From Shigella phage SP18, in the sequence record GQ981382: a stretch of DNA of 64,000 bases; one strand, 5' to 3'. The position numbers were made by a program, and so were the translations under genes. Of the stretch, positions 9,387-18,893 are shown piece by piece. Every line of letters begins with the position of its first letter. Position 1 is the stretch's first letter. The notes under the pieces were generated by a model. That model made no database searches, had not been told where the DNA came from, and worked only from the letters and a program-made list of their open reading frames with translations.

Positions 9387-9563
9387 TCAGACCCCGTAGA
9401 ACGAGCGATGCAAACGTTTAAATTGACGAATCATCTTTTTAGTAGGACGGGTATATAATCCTACACAGGTGGCCATAAACTGGTCAGTAGGGCTTCCTTT
9501 GATAAGAAGTTTCCAGACCTTGTCACCGTTTAACTTTTCGGTATAGACTAATGCAGTTTTCAT
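9387..9563 (-). CDS. Small hypothetical protein (about 58 aa)
   Basis: Hand-translated minus ORF MKTALVYTEKLNGDKVW...; TAATG overlap with upstream ORF; below track cutoff. Confidence 0.3.
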   Translation of the reverse strand: MKTALVYTEKLNGDKVWKLLIKGSPTDQFMATCVGLYTRPTKKMIRQFKRLHRSFYGV

Positions 9564-9832
9564 TAAACAATCCTAAAACAAGGATAATGGCATTCAACGT
9601 TACCATTATCAATTATCATATACTCAGTGATACAGGTCCATGACCCTTCAATTTCTATGGTATCAAAAAGGTATTCATCTGTTTCAACAACGTCCCAAAC
9701 ATTACATTCAACGTCAGGGTCAAAACGTTGTCTTAACGCATGGATAACATCACCATTTTTAAATCCTGCGTCTTGAAGCTCTTTCATAAAACCTGATTGA
9801 GCAGCATGAATATTAACAATTTCTAAAAACAT
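9563..9832 (-). CDS. Hypothetical protein (89 aa)
   Basis: ORF track. Confidence 0.45.
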   Translation of the reverse strand: MFLEIVNIHAAQSGFMKELQDAGFKNGDVIHALRQRFDPDVECNVWDVVETDEYLFDTIEIEGSWTCITEYMIIDNGNVECHYPCFRIV

Positions 9833-10122
9833 TAAAAGACCTCATCAGAAAAGCGGAGTTGGGCTTCAAGCCAATGAATGTAGTCAGCTGCAGCAAAAAT
9901 TAAAGCAGATTCTTCATCGGGTAACTTACGAGAATCTGACAATTCGTAAAGCGAATGCTCAATCAGACGGCCTTTATGGCGGCCAACTTCAATTTTGGTA
10001 CTCATATCCAAACCCCATATCGATTAAATCATTGTTTGAAGGTTCATTATAATCTATTTCGGAATCGTTGTAAACAGGTTCCTCTGGCTCGACAGTTTCC
10101 CATCGAGCGGTATACCATGGTT

Positions 10123-10443
10123 TTATAGCGTAATCCATTCTCTGATAGTTTGGGTTACGACACGTTCTTGGAGCTTAACCAGTTCAACAGTCGGGACCAT
10201 ATGGTCCCAGTCAGTATGATAAGAGCCGGTACGAGTTTCGTTTACAGCCACATGCACATTATGTTTTTTGCTGAAATAAATTGCCTGGCGATATTGGTAT
10301 TTGCCGGTTTGTGTCCATTCGCCTAATTCAACCGGAACCAGGTAGTCCGAAAATTCAAACTCGTATGATTCAGTAAACGCATCATGGTCTTCAATGATTT
10401 CGCTTAAAACAGCATCAACATCTAATTCATTTTCAATAGTCAT
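10123..10443 (-). CDS. Hypothetical acidic protein (106 aa)
   Basis: ORF track. Confidence 0.45.
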   Translation of the reverse strand: MTIENELDVDAVLSEIIEDHDAFTESYEFEFSDYLVPVELGEWTQTGKYQYRQAIYFSKKHNVHVAVNETRTGSYHTDWDHMVPTVELVKLQERVVTQTIREWITL

Positions 10444-10748
10444 TGGTCACTCCAATAGCTTGATACTTCAAAATCAGGCTCGCCGTTTTCCCAGTACCAA
10501 GGACCAACCGGATGCCAATCACCATGCTTATCTTCTTCATATTCTTCAGATTCAAGCCCAACGTATTGCCATTGGACTTCATAAGCAGTGCCGCCGATTA
10601 CAACAGTGTTCTCACCATATGGATTAGCCACAGCAAAGTCAATACCTTCTGCTTTAGCCAGCCAAACCATATATTCGTATAGCTTATATTCCAGGTCATC
10701 TTCGGTACCATCACCTAGAAAAATGGTTTGTTCGTTTAATTCAATCAT
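10440..10748 (-). CDS. Hypothetical acidic protein (102 aa)
   Basis: ORF track. Confidence 0.45.
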   Translation of the reverse strand: MIELNEQTIFLGDGTEDDLEYKLYEYMVWLAKAEGIDFAVANPYGENTVVIGGTAYEVQWQYVGLESEEYEEDKHGDWHPVGPWYWENGEPDFEVSSYWSDQ

Positions 10749-11081
10749 AATTCCACCATAAATTCAAATAGCTGGTCACGTACACAAGTATCAGTCCAAC
10801 CCCATTCGTTGGCTTCTTCTTTTAACCAATCCGGGAGATTTGCCAATACGGTTTCTTTACTAGGCGCAGGAGTATCAAACTCTCTTGCGCAGGTTTCATA
10901 AGCTTTATCAAATTCGGTCATTTAAAGTTCCAGAATGAAGCACCAACCAGAAATAAAGGCCAACAAATCATAGACGTCAGCCACCAGCAAAAGTCACCTG
11001 CACCGAAATCATCTAATTTAGCTAGGGTCTTAGCATAACCAATACCGATGATAAGATACAAAACACCCAACAATAATTCAA

Positions 11082-11345
11082 TCATTTAAAATAAGCTCGC
11101 AGTTGGTCGAAGCCACCAATATGACTTCCATCAGGGGCAAATACCTGTGGCATGGTCAAACCAATTTGAGATTCACGACCAAGCGCAACCAGGAGTTGAG
11201 CAATCTTCTCATCATCAAACACACCTTTTTCAGGCATAACGTTAATGAATTCGTAAGGTTGTTTTTTAACGTCAAGTAAACGTTTTGCATTGTCACAGAA
11301 AACGCAACGATGAATGTTTGAATCGTAGCCATATACTTTAAACAT
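11082..11345 (-). CDS. nrdC: Glutaredoxin/thioredoxin NrdC
   Basis: 87 aa; MFKVYGYDSNIHRCVFCDNAKRLL and C-terminal QVFAPDGSHIGGFDQLRAYFK nearly identical to recalled T4 NrdC; CVFC active site. Confidence 0.9.
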   Translation of the reverse strand: MFKVYGYDSNIHRCVFCDNAKRLLDVKKQPYEFINVMPEKGVFDDEKIAQLLVALGRESQIGLTMPQVFAPDGSHIGGFDQLRAYFK

Positions 11346-11346
11346 A

Positions 11347-11604
11347 TTATTCCTTAATTCCTAATACTTGTTTGAAGGTCTCAGTATAATCGGAGTATTG
11401 ACCGGTTTGTTCTTTATGTTTGACCATAATACCATAAACTTCTGAACGCATATTATTATATGAACGAGTTAAAGCAGATTTCAATACTGAATAACTATCC
11501 GGAAGTTTACCGTGTTCTTTATAATAGGCCAGAGTTAATTCACGGACCGCCTTATCAGCAGTCTCAAGATATTCTTTACGCTTTGCCATTTTCTTCTCGC
11601 TCAA
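11347..11604 (-). CDS. Hypothetical protein (85 aa)
   Basis: ORF track. Confidence 0.45.
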   Translation of the reverse strand: MSEKKMAKRKEYLETADKAVRELTLAYYKEHGKLPDSYSVLKSALTRSYNNMRSEVYGIMVKHKEQTGQYSDYTETFKQVLGIKE

Positions 11605-11869
11605 ATTTGTGTTTGCAATGTCTGCATTTATAACGAAGATTACTAGTCTGCCAATGGACTAACTGGACCTGTTCAGTTCCACATTCTGGACAGTTTGGAA
11701 CGCTCTTAGAAGCACGTTCCCGGCGGCGAACCATAGCCATTACCATATCCCAATCAGGAACCTGACTATAATCATCAGTCCAGTTTATAAGACCTTTATT
11801 AACCCCCGCTGCGGGGGTCCATTCTGGAAATGCAGTTTCTGCAATATCTTCAGCTAAACGTTGTTTCAT
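11576..11869 (-). CDS. Hypothetical zinc-ribbon protein (97 aa)
   Basis: CPEC...CRHC Cys4 motif. Confidence 0.45.
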   Translation of the reverse strand: MKQRLAEDIAETAFPEWTPAAGVNKGLINWTDDYSQVPDWDMVMAMVRRRERASKSVPNCPECGTEQVQLVHWQTSNLRYKCRHCKHKFEREENGKA

Positions 11870-12855
11870 TTCAGCAGCTCCAGAGCCTGTTCCAGTTTAT
11901 CCAGACGATTAGTTGATTCTTCCCAAAGTCGCTTGGCTTTGGTATAGTCTTCAGTTGCCTTTTTATTAACAGCAAGAGCTTCATTATACGCCGTTTCCAG
12001 GGCAACAATTTCAGGCGCTTTTTGTTTCACCGGCTCGTTGTTCAGATTATCAATCAGGTCTTCAAGGGTGGTTTCTTGTGGTGCATTCATAATTTCCTCA
12101 CTTTTCTTTTTATAAATTTCTGCAACAGTTGGTTGTTTTGCACATTTAACTTCGTGTAATGTCACCACAATTTTCCAACCTTTCCAACCATGAGCACTGG
12201 TGATAGGGTCTACTTTAATTTTTTCAACAGTGCGCATATAGTTAAGGGCACACTGCATCTGTGAAGTAAGCGTGCTCGCAGCATCAAGATACTTTTTGAC
12301 ATTTTCTGGAGTAGCTACTGGAGTAAAGAACTCATGCTTAACTGTAATAATTACCTGGTTTTCCCCAGACTCTTTAACCTTGACCATGTGCTCAGCCAAA
12401 TGGGAGATAGTGCGATAATCACCATCCATCAATTTTGTCGCTGATTTTATGATAGACATTTTGTTATCTCTGAATTCACGCGCCCAGCGATGGGCGAATT
12501 CAGAAACAGTATAGCCTTGTTTATCAAGGTAGTATTTTTCAACGTCACCAAACCAATGATAGCCAATTGTACCTTTGCCGCGGTTGGATTCAACACCAAA
12601 CTTATGAAGAAGGTCTTTATTAACCAGGTATGACAGGACTCGGGAACCTTTAAAAGTTTTCTTGATATCATCGTTACCTGCACGACTCGCAATAGTTGCA
12701 ATGTCTTTCTTGAAGCGACCAGATGCAACAATCGTCGAGTCAATCTGATTTAACCAGAAATTGATAATCGAAAGGATAGACAATTCACCTGTTAATGGTT
12801 TTACTTTTGCGTCGATAGTGGTGTTAAAGGCCTGGATATATTCGTTACGTGTCAT
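11866..12855 (-). CDS. Hypothetical protein (329 aa) with C-terminal coiled coil
   Basis: Long ORF; no recognisable catalytic motif; hairpin-promoter cassette upstream at 12861-12913. Confidence 0.55.
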   Translation of the reverse strand: MTRNEYIQAFNTTIDAKVKPLTGELSILSIINFWLNQIDSTIVASGRFKKDIATIASRAGNDDIKKTFKGSRVLSYLVNKDLLHKFGVESNRGKGTIGYHWFGDVEKYYLDKQGYTVSEFAHRWAREFRDNKMSIIKSATKLMDGDYRTISHLAEHMVKVKESGENQVIITVKHEFFTPVATPENVKKYLDAASTLTSQMQCALNYMRTVEKIKVDPITSAHGWKGWKIVVTLHEVKCAKQPTVAEIYKKKSEEIMNAPQETTLEDLIDNLNNEPVKQKAPEIVALETAYNEALAVNKKATEDYTKAKRLWEESTNRLDKLEQALELLK

Positions 12856-12913
12856 AGTGTTCTCCTCATAAAGTAGGAATTCATTATACTCCCTCCATCC
12901 TTGGAAGTAAACA

Positions 12914-13291
12914 TTATTTTAATGCTAAAATCGCCGCCTGCAATTTATTGCGTTGTGTTTCCATGTTCTTGATGCGATTCAGAACATCCTGGATACCCTT
13001 TTTCTCATCTTCAATCAGACCATTTAAGCGGTTGACTGATTCCTGGATAGCATCAGCATGATGTTTCTCAATAGGCTTCATTGATGGGTTAAAGATTCCA
13101 AGAGAGCTAGCCGGTTTGACTTTCCATTGGTACATATTTTTAACGTCCAGCGGTGAAATAGGCTGTGTTTTATATTGACCTGCAAATGCTGGACCATATG
13201 ATGCGGATGATGCGATAGGGGTACGTTCTGTCATTTCTGGTTCCTTTTTCTCCTGATAAGGAGCGTAAGACAAAAGATATTCTTTAGTCAA
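12914..13291 (-). CDS. Hypothetical protein (125 aa)
   Basis: ORF track. Confidence 0.45.
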   Translation of the reverse strand: MTKEYLLSYAPYQEKKEPEMTERTPIASSASYGPAFAGQYKTQPISPLDVKNMYQWKVKPASSLGIFNPSMKPIEKHHADAIQESVNRLNGLIEDEKKGIQDVLNRIKNMETQRNKLQAAILALK

Positions 13292-13305
13292 TTTAATATC
13301 AATGG

Positions 13306-13818
13306 TTATAGTTTTAAGGAATTTTCCGTTTGGTGGATATAATTTGTATCTTCTTCAAACGTGTATGCTTCAACAGCATGGCGCATATAAAACAGCGCAA
13401 TACCCATAACCTCTTTAAAGGTATCACAAAGAGCAACATCACCCTTGGTGGTTGGCTTGAACTTAATCTGCACACCATCATTCTTGATATTGATAATCAA
13501 GTTACTGGAGGTAAAATTATAGTTCTTGATGTTAACTGGAGCTTTACGAATACGAAGTCCAGCTGCCAGGATTTCCTTGATACTCTTACGAACTGTGACA
13601 CCAAACAAAAACGCAGGGCGGCGGCAGTAATCATTCAGAGAGTTAATTCTTACAATACGTTGACCATACCCCTGGGTGGCAGAACCAGATTTGATTTTGC
13701 CAAAGTTAACCAGAGAATTCATCGCAATAAGACGGGTTGCACGTCCTTCACGCTGTTCAAATCGAGAATATTCTTTACGTGTTTTAATGTTCATATCAGA
13801 GTCCAAATAATTTTTCAT
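13306..13818 (-). CDS. Hypothetical protein (170 aa)
   Basis: ORF track. Confidence 0.5.
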   Translation of the reverse strand: MKNYLDSDMNIKTRKEYSRFEQREGRATRLIAMNSLVNFGKIKSGSATQGYGQRIVRINSLNDYCRRPAFLFGVTVRKSIKEILAAGLRIRKAPVNIKNYNFTSSNLIINIKNDGVQIKFKPTTKGDVALCDTFKEVMGIALFYMRHAVEAYTFEEDTNYIHQTENSLKL

Positions 13819-14011
13819 AGAGTTTAGCGATAGGCCACAGAATTAGCATACATAACCAGGCAAAGCAAAATACTGGCCATACAAATGTAATGAATACCGC
13901 ATCATAGCTTGATTCAATTTTAACCGGGTTCCATGCGCCTGTTTTATGCGCAATCAAAGCAGTAATAAATCCTATCACAAGATAAGCAAGAATAAAACCA
14001 ATAATTTCCAT
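13796..14011 (-). CDS. Small membrane protein (71 aa, two hydrophobic helices)
   Basis: IIGFILAYLVIGFITALIA and WPVFCFAWLCMLILWPIA segments. Confidence 0.45.
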   Translation of the reverse strand: MEIIGFILAYLVIGFITALIAHKTGAWNPVKIESSYDAVFITFVWPVFCFAWLCMLILWPIAKLYEKLFGL

Positions 14012-14013
14012 AA

Positions 14014-14859
14014 TTAATCCTTAAGAAGATTTAGGATATCGATATATTTCTGACGTTCAGCCTTGGCTTTAGCATTCAGACCGGAGAGTCGGAAAATCTC
14101 ATCATCTTGTTGTTGAATTGTAACATTCAAGCAAGTAAGCAAATTGCTAAAATACTCAATCTGGACTTGATGCTTCTCATTGCTTCGCACTGGAACAGGT
14201 TCCATTTTAGGAGCTTGTTCTGAAGAGTCTTCAGCCAGGTCTTTAATTTTATAAAGTTTAATACGCTGACCTGCTCCAGTTTCGGCATCACCAAAACTAA
14301 GAACACCGTGCTGTTCTAATTCAGACAAGGCCAATCGGAGATGGAACTTCCAGTTGTCGTATTGACATCCACTGTAATGGGAAATGGTATACTCATTTTC
14401 ATTTCTGGGGTGGTTAACAATACTAAAGATAATCCAATCACCCGAACCATTGGTCTTAAAGGTCATTTGTTTATCTTGACCTTTTGCAAGGCGAGCACCA
14501 AGAGCCAGTAAACGTCGTTGGTTGGCATGAAGGTCTTTAACCACTTCATCAAACGTCATGGTGCTAATCGCACGACCATAAAGGTCGTAACCTTTGTTAT
14601 AATTTTTAAGAATAATTCTGGCATTAGCACGAGACAACATACCTGTTTTACGAAGAGTTTTCATGACTCGGTCTTCTAACGTAAACGAACCTTTAGTCTT
14701 GTCAAAGATTTTAGTGAAGTCATTTTTAACAGTACAAACATTGAACTTGTCCCACATCATATATAGAACCTTTTCAACCACATCTTTAGTGCTTGGAATA
14801 CTGTTAAATTTAACAACTTTTTTAACTTCAGAACGAATTTCATTAATTGCTTGTGACAT
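14014..14859 (-). CDS. Hypothetical protein (281 aa)
   Basis: ORF track. Confidence 0.55.
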   Translation of the reverse strand: MSQAINEIRSEVKKVVKFNSIPSTKDVVEKVLYMMWDKFNVCTVKNDFTKIFDKTKGSFTLEDRVMKTLRKTGMLSRANARIILKNYNKGYDLYGRAISTMTFDEVVKDLHANQRRLLALGARLAKGQDKQMTFKTNGSGDWIIFSIVNHPRNENEYTISHYSGCQYDNWKFHLRLALSELEQHGVLSFGDAETGAGQRIKLYKIKDLAEDSSEQAPKMEPVPVRSNEKHQVQIEYFSNLLTCLNVTIQQQDDEIFRLSGLNAKAKAERQKYIDILNLLKD

Positions 14860-14922
14860 AATAATTTCCTCAATAGATTAATCAAAGGTCAGAACCATTA
14901 TACCATCCTTGGTATAAAGCGT

Positions 14923-15447
14923 TTATGCGAGAACCGTCTTTAAACGCTCTTCAAACTTCTGAAGGAGTACCTGGCGCTCTGCTCTTTGTTTGGTATAGGT
15001 TTCAATACGCTCTGAAGTGAGATTGTATTGTTCATTAACTGATTCCCTCATGAATTCAGGAATCTCTTTACACGCCTTGATTTCATTGAACTTATCAAGC
15101 ACCGCTTGTTGTTCAGCAATCAGACCATCATAATATTGGATATCTGATTTGATGTTTTGTACATCAGATTCAGTAGGCATATTTTTCTTTGCTCTTGTCG
15201 CTTGATATTCTGCATTAGTCTCTCTTGACCAGAACAAAGAACGGTTTTTGTTGGTGTTTTTATACACATCAACAATACCAACTGAATCAACAGTCACAAT
15301 CCAGTTCCAGGCGTTTTTATAAGTCTGACCACCTGATACTGTAATCTCACCTGCACAAGCAACATCATTAAAGAACTTACTTTGTGCTTCTGATTTAAAA
15401 TTACCATTATTGTAATTAATCAGATTAAAGATTGATTTGGCTTCCAT
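14923..15447 (-). CDS. Hypothetical protein (174 aa)
   Basis: ORF track; promoter cassette directly upstream. Confidence 0.5.
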   Translation of the reverse strand: MEAKSIFNLINYNNGNFKSEAQSKFFNDVACAGEITVSGGQTYKNAWNWIVTVDSVGIVDVYKNTNKNRSLFWSRETNAEYQATRAKKNMPTESDVQNIKSDIQYYDGLIAEQQAVLDKFNEIKACKEIPEFMRESVNEQYNLTSERIETYTKQRAERQVLLQKFEERLKTVLA

Positions 15448-15515
15448 TTTATTCTCCAGTATTTGGTAACTCAGTATGGGAACATTATACGTTTATCCCC
15501 ATACTATGTACACAT
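15448..15515 (-). promoter_or_regulatory. Early-promoter/stem-loop cassette (PeSL-like)
   Basis: tttattctcc...ggtaactcagtatgggaacattatacg...ccccatactatgtacac; near-identical copy at 16021-16092. Confidence 0.5.
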
Positions 15516-15818
15516 TTAATTAAAAGTTCTTTCAGTATTTTCACCGCTGAACCAGACGCTCTTAACGGCTTGCTGTGCGCGATGGAGCTGCTCTGCCATA
15601 TAAACACCAAGGGCCTCAGCTTTACGCGTCCTGTGGGCTTCTGCGGCGACCATTTGCAGCTTATCCATCATGATAAGAGCTTTACATTTCTCCTTCAGAG
15701 CATATCGCTTCTTCTCTTCTGGAGTTTTGACCATTCCTCTTAACTTGTGCATTTTCAGCTTAAAATGGTCAGCAGATTTCAGACATGCCTCAATCATGTC
15801 AAGTTCATACTTTTTCAT
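15516..15818 (-). CDS. Hypothetical protein (100 aa)
   Basis: ORF track. Confidence 0.45.
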   Translation of the reverse strand: MKKYELDMIEACLKSADHFKLKMHKLRGMVKTPEEKKRYALKEKCKALIMMDKLQMVAAEAHRTRKAEALGVYMAEQLHRAQQAVKSVWFSGENTERTFN

Positions 15819-15824
15819 AATTCC

Positions 15825-16019
15825 TCACTTGCGACGACGTTTTGGTAATGGCATTGCTTTACCTGCAGGGGTCAAAGTCACACGCAAAGCATTACCAATA
15901 CCAAGGGATGCTTTAACCAGACCTTTGGCTTTTAACTCACCAAATGCTTGACGTTGTTCAGGGTCACGAGTGTTAACCATCAGACCTTTTTCACCAGCAG
16001 CTTTGATTAATTCTAACAT
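15825..16019 (-). CDS. Hypothetical basic protein (64 aa)
   Basis: ORF track; promoter cassette directly upstream. Confidence 0.4.
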   Translation of the reverse strand: MLELIKAAGEKGLMVNTRDPEQRQAFGELKAKGLVKASLGIGNALRVTLTPAGKAMPLPKRRRK

Positions 16020-16020
16020 T

Positions 16021-16092
16021 TTATTCTCCGTTTGTTTATTTGGTAACTCAGTATGGGAACATTATACGTCTATCCCCATACTATGTACACTA
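16021..16092 (-). promoter_or_regulatory. Early-promoter/stem-loop cassette (PeSL-like)
   Basis: Repeat of the 15448-15515 element with minus-sense TATAAT in the hairpin loop and GGAGAATAAA before the ATG. Confidence 0.5.
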
Positions 16093-16320
16093 CTTTATAT
16101 AATTTTTAATATCAATCCTGCCCTGGTAGTGCTTGGCAGTTTCCTTCATCTTTTCTATGTCGATACCAACAATCACCTCACATGATTGACTTCCATGATG
16201 GCGTTTAAAATGTTCAATCGCTTCTTCTCGCGTTTGTTTGGATACGCGAGGTCTCATATGATTCATAATGGCTCCTTAGTAAAAATTCATTATGCATCAA
16301 CAGAGACAAGTTTGTACACC

Positions 16321-16350
16321 TTTAAAATAAAAAGGACCCCGAGGGGTCCT
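16321..16350 (-). terminator. Rho-independent terminator (minus sense)
   Basis: Hairpin aggacccc-gag-gggtcct followed in minus sense by a U-rich run. Confidence 0.55.
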
Positions 16351-16592
16351 TAGATTGCACTCCAAAAATTATGGAATCTTATAGTATTGATAGCCCAGTT
16401 AACAAACCTGCGAGTTTGCTTGGAAGTTGGTTTACATGTGTACTTGATATTGACCCGACGCCCAGTTTCCCGACAGACCGCTTCGAGATACCAGCGCCGA
16501 CCTTTATTGGGTCTTCCATATGATAAGAAGACCTTGATTTCCTGGTTATCGATAATAGGAATTGTGGTTGTCAAGATATACCTCTTCAACAA
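16350..16592 (-). CDS. Hypothetical basic protein (80 aa)
   Basis: ORF track; overlaps the 3' end of the nucleotidyltransferase ORF. Confidence 0.35.
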   Translation of the reverse strand: MLKRYILTTTIPIIDNQEIKVFLSYGRPNKGRRWYLEAVCRETGRRVNIKYTCKPTSKQTRRFVNWAINTIRFHNFWSAI

Positions 16593-17556
16593 ACTTGTCC
16601 CAGAACTTCATGTCCACCTTCTCAGGCATACCATTCTTAGCGGCCCAGATAGCATTAGTTTCGACTTCATCAACGATAGCTTCAAGTTCGGCCTGCACAT
16701 CTTTAAAAGCATGAAGCCCTTGTTTGATTTCAAGGATAAATGGTGCTGTACGTAAAGGATATTGGAGGTCGCCAGTCATATAGATTTCCTTCAACTGGTA
16801 TCCAGCCCGATAAGCATGGCTCAGAGCTTTCCAGTCGATACCTTCATTAGCTTCAGCCTTACGAGCGCGCTCGCCATATTCCGCATCGAGCTTATTCAGA
16901 GATTGCTTGAGCTCGATTAAAGACAAGGTGGTTTGGTACTTACGTCCAAGAACAGTATAGAACGTTTGAGGACCAGTTTTCTCGTGGTTATGGAATACCC
17001 ATTCACAAAACTCGTTTTCAGGGAGTCTGTGTTTGATATCTTCTACCTTAGTTCGACGTTGCTTAGTCGAACCGTCTTCTTGATAATCGACCCACTGTTC
17101 AGGAATCTGGTTAACGATTGCCAGTACACCACGTAGAGCGGCCAGTCGAGAACCTTTAACACCATATTTGGAAGCTTGCTTACGGACATACCCCAAATAG
17201 GCTTTCATGTTGGTTGTATAGAACCGCGAACGGTTATCCTGAATAAACTTCCATACATCTGGTAAATCGGATTTGACAACCAGGTCAGCCGGTGTGTGAA
17301 TCATGTCCAGGGCAACGGTTTCGCCATCGGCTGCCAGTTTAAAGAAATATTTCAGACTATAAAGTTCATGGTCAACATCATCTTTTGTATTTTTGGTAGC
17401 CGTGTTATTCGTGTTCAGGTTTGTATGGTTCATCGCGGTTCCGAGCAGGATATCTCGCGGATGAGGAACGAAGATTTCTTTAAAATCAACATCAGATTCC
17501 GGAGTACTTGTTCCATAAAGGTGGGAGCCAAAATATCCCTTCATAACAGTTCTCAT
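16546..17556 (-). CDS. Putative nucleotidyltransferase (Pol-beta-like fold)
   Basis: N-terminal GS-x10-DVD motif (YFGSHLYGTSTPESDVDF) and downstream acidic VALDMIH; start set at the MRTVMKGYF Met to avoid overlap. Confidence 0.55.
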   Translation of the reverse strand: MRTVMKGYFGSHLYGTSTPESDVDFKEIFVPHPRDILLGTAMNHTNLNTNNTATKNTKDDVDHELYSLKYFFKLAADGETVALDMIHTPADLVVKSDLPDVWKFIQDNRSRFYTTNMKAYLGYVRKQASKYGVKGSRLAALRGVLAIVNQIPEQWVDYQEDGSTKQRRTKVEDIKHRLPENEFCEWVFHNHEKTGPQTFYTVLGRKYQTTLSLIELKQSLNKLDAEYGERARKAEANEGIDWKALSHAYRAGYQLKEIYMTGDLQYPLRTAPFILEIKQGLHAFKDVQAELEAIVDEVETNAIWAAKNGMPEKVDMKFWDKFVEEVYLDNHNSYYR

Positions 17557-18005
17557 TTTTTGTCCTCGAAGTGGATTACAGGGCACATCTTAGATTTACG
17601 AGCTTTAATGTATTGAATAACGATGTTTTCTTTAGTTTCCTTTCCTTCACGTTTGGCTAGAATACGTTGCCATTCCTTTTCTTCTTTACGTAAATCATAC
17701 CAGGACCATAAATTCATTAGACCATACATTAAACCAAATGCTACCGCCAGAATAAGAGCCAGTGTAGCTAGTCCTAAAATAAACCCTAAACCTAAACCAA
17801 CCGGGGTACTTAATACAAAGAAATGCTCTAATACACCAGCCCCCGCGACAGTGAATCCAAAAACCACACTACCGATAAAAATGGCACAAACAAAACAGGC
17901 CCAAACCATTTTCCAAAAGTAAGCACACAATGAGTGTGGACGAGAATGGCGGTCATAAAATTTATCGTGGAAACGAGCATGCCAAGAGTTTGCATTGATA
18001 ATCAT
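17553..18005 (-). CDS. Multi-pass membrane protein (150 aa)
   Basis: Three or more hydrophobic helices; C-terminal basic tail. Confidence 0.5.
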   Translation of the reverse strand: MIINANSWHARFHDKFYDRHSRPHSLCAYFWKMVWACFVCAIFIGSVVFGFTVAGAGVLEHFFVLSTPVGLGLGFILGLATLALILAVAFGLMYGLMNLWSWYDLRKEEKEWQRILAKREGKETKENIVIQYIKARKSKMCPVIHFEDKK

Positions 18006-18015
18006 AATATTTTCC

Positions 18016-18576
18016 TTAAGAGTTCATAGTTGGGATAACCGAGTTCAGATAAGAGACTAAAACTTTTAGCTCGTCTTTAGTAAATACAACTTCACTTTCA
18101 CCGTCATGTCTTTGGACAATGGACAACAAGTCACGGCCGTTATGTTGATACACAGTCAGTTCAGTATTATAATCTAATTCCTCTTCATCGCCTTCAAACG
18201 TTTCGCTAGATCGAATCAGTGCGTCTTGACCAGGGACTTTCCATTCAACTTCTGGCTTGCATTCTTCCTGGAACAGTTTGAAAATACAATCAAAGAATTT
18301 ATCAGAATCGCTGATGCTCAGACATTTTTCATCTGTTTCAATATTAAACCCAGCGTCGTGCTTATAAATGCGAGCACATACATCGTCGGTAATATCAAAT
18401 ACACCACTAAAACTACCGTTAAGATATTCATCTTTATCCAAAACCATTAAATCATAAAGTGGTTTAATATCAGCGATAGTCAGTACGATTTTATCGTCTT
18501 CTTGACAAAGCTCAATTGCGTTATTAACTACTTCAGCGGTCAGTTCGCCAAACAATTCAGTTGTTTCAATAATCAT
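18016..18576 (-). CDS. Hypothetical acidic protein (186 aa)
   Basis: ORF track. Confidence 0.5.
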   Translation of the reverse strand: MIIETTELFGELTAEVVNNAIELCQEDDKIVLTIADIKPLYDLMVLDKDEYLNGSFSGVFDITDDVCARIYKHDAGFNIETDEKCLSISDSDKFFDCIFKLFQEECKPEVEWKVPGQDALIRSSETFEGDEEELDYNTELTVYQHNGRDLLSIVQRHDGESEVVFTKDELKVLVSYLNSVIPTMNS

Positions 18577-18586
18577 TTTCTGTTCC

Positions 18587-18877
18587 TCAACGGTTATGTT
18601 TTAAAATACTATAAAGCGCTTCTACTTGGCTTGCATCCAGGTAAATAACATCATCATCTTGCTCAATGGAAATCCCGCCAGTATTACCTTTAACAAAATT
18701 ACATTCGCACACTTCAACTGGGCGGTATACGTCACCAACTGGATGCTCAGGCTCCAGAACAATCACACCATTTTCAGAATTACCACTTGGGTCATATAAC
18801 ATTACAGTTTCCTCGCTAACCATGAAAAGAATAAACCAATTAAAACAGGCCCTACAGCCATTGTTAACCAAGCCCAA
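18587..18877 (-). CDS. Hypothetical protein (96 aa)
   Basis: ORF track. Confidence 0.45.
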   Translation of the reverse strand: MGLVNNGCRACFNWFILFMVSEETVMLYDPSGNSENGVIVLEPEHPVGDVYRPVEVCECNFVKGNTGGISIEQDDDVIYLDASQVEALYSILKHNR

Positions 18878-18893
18878 GGTTCAAGATAGTAAA

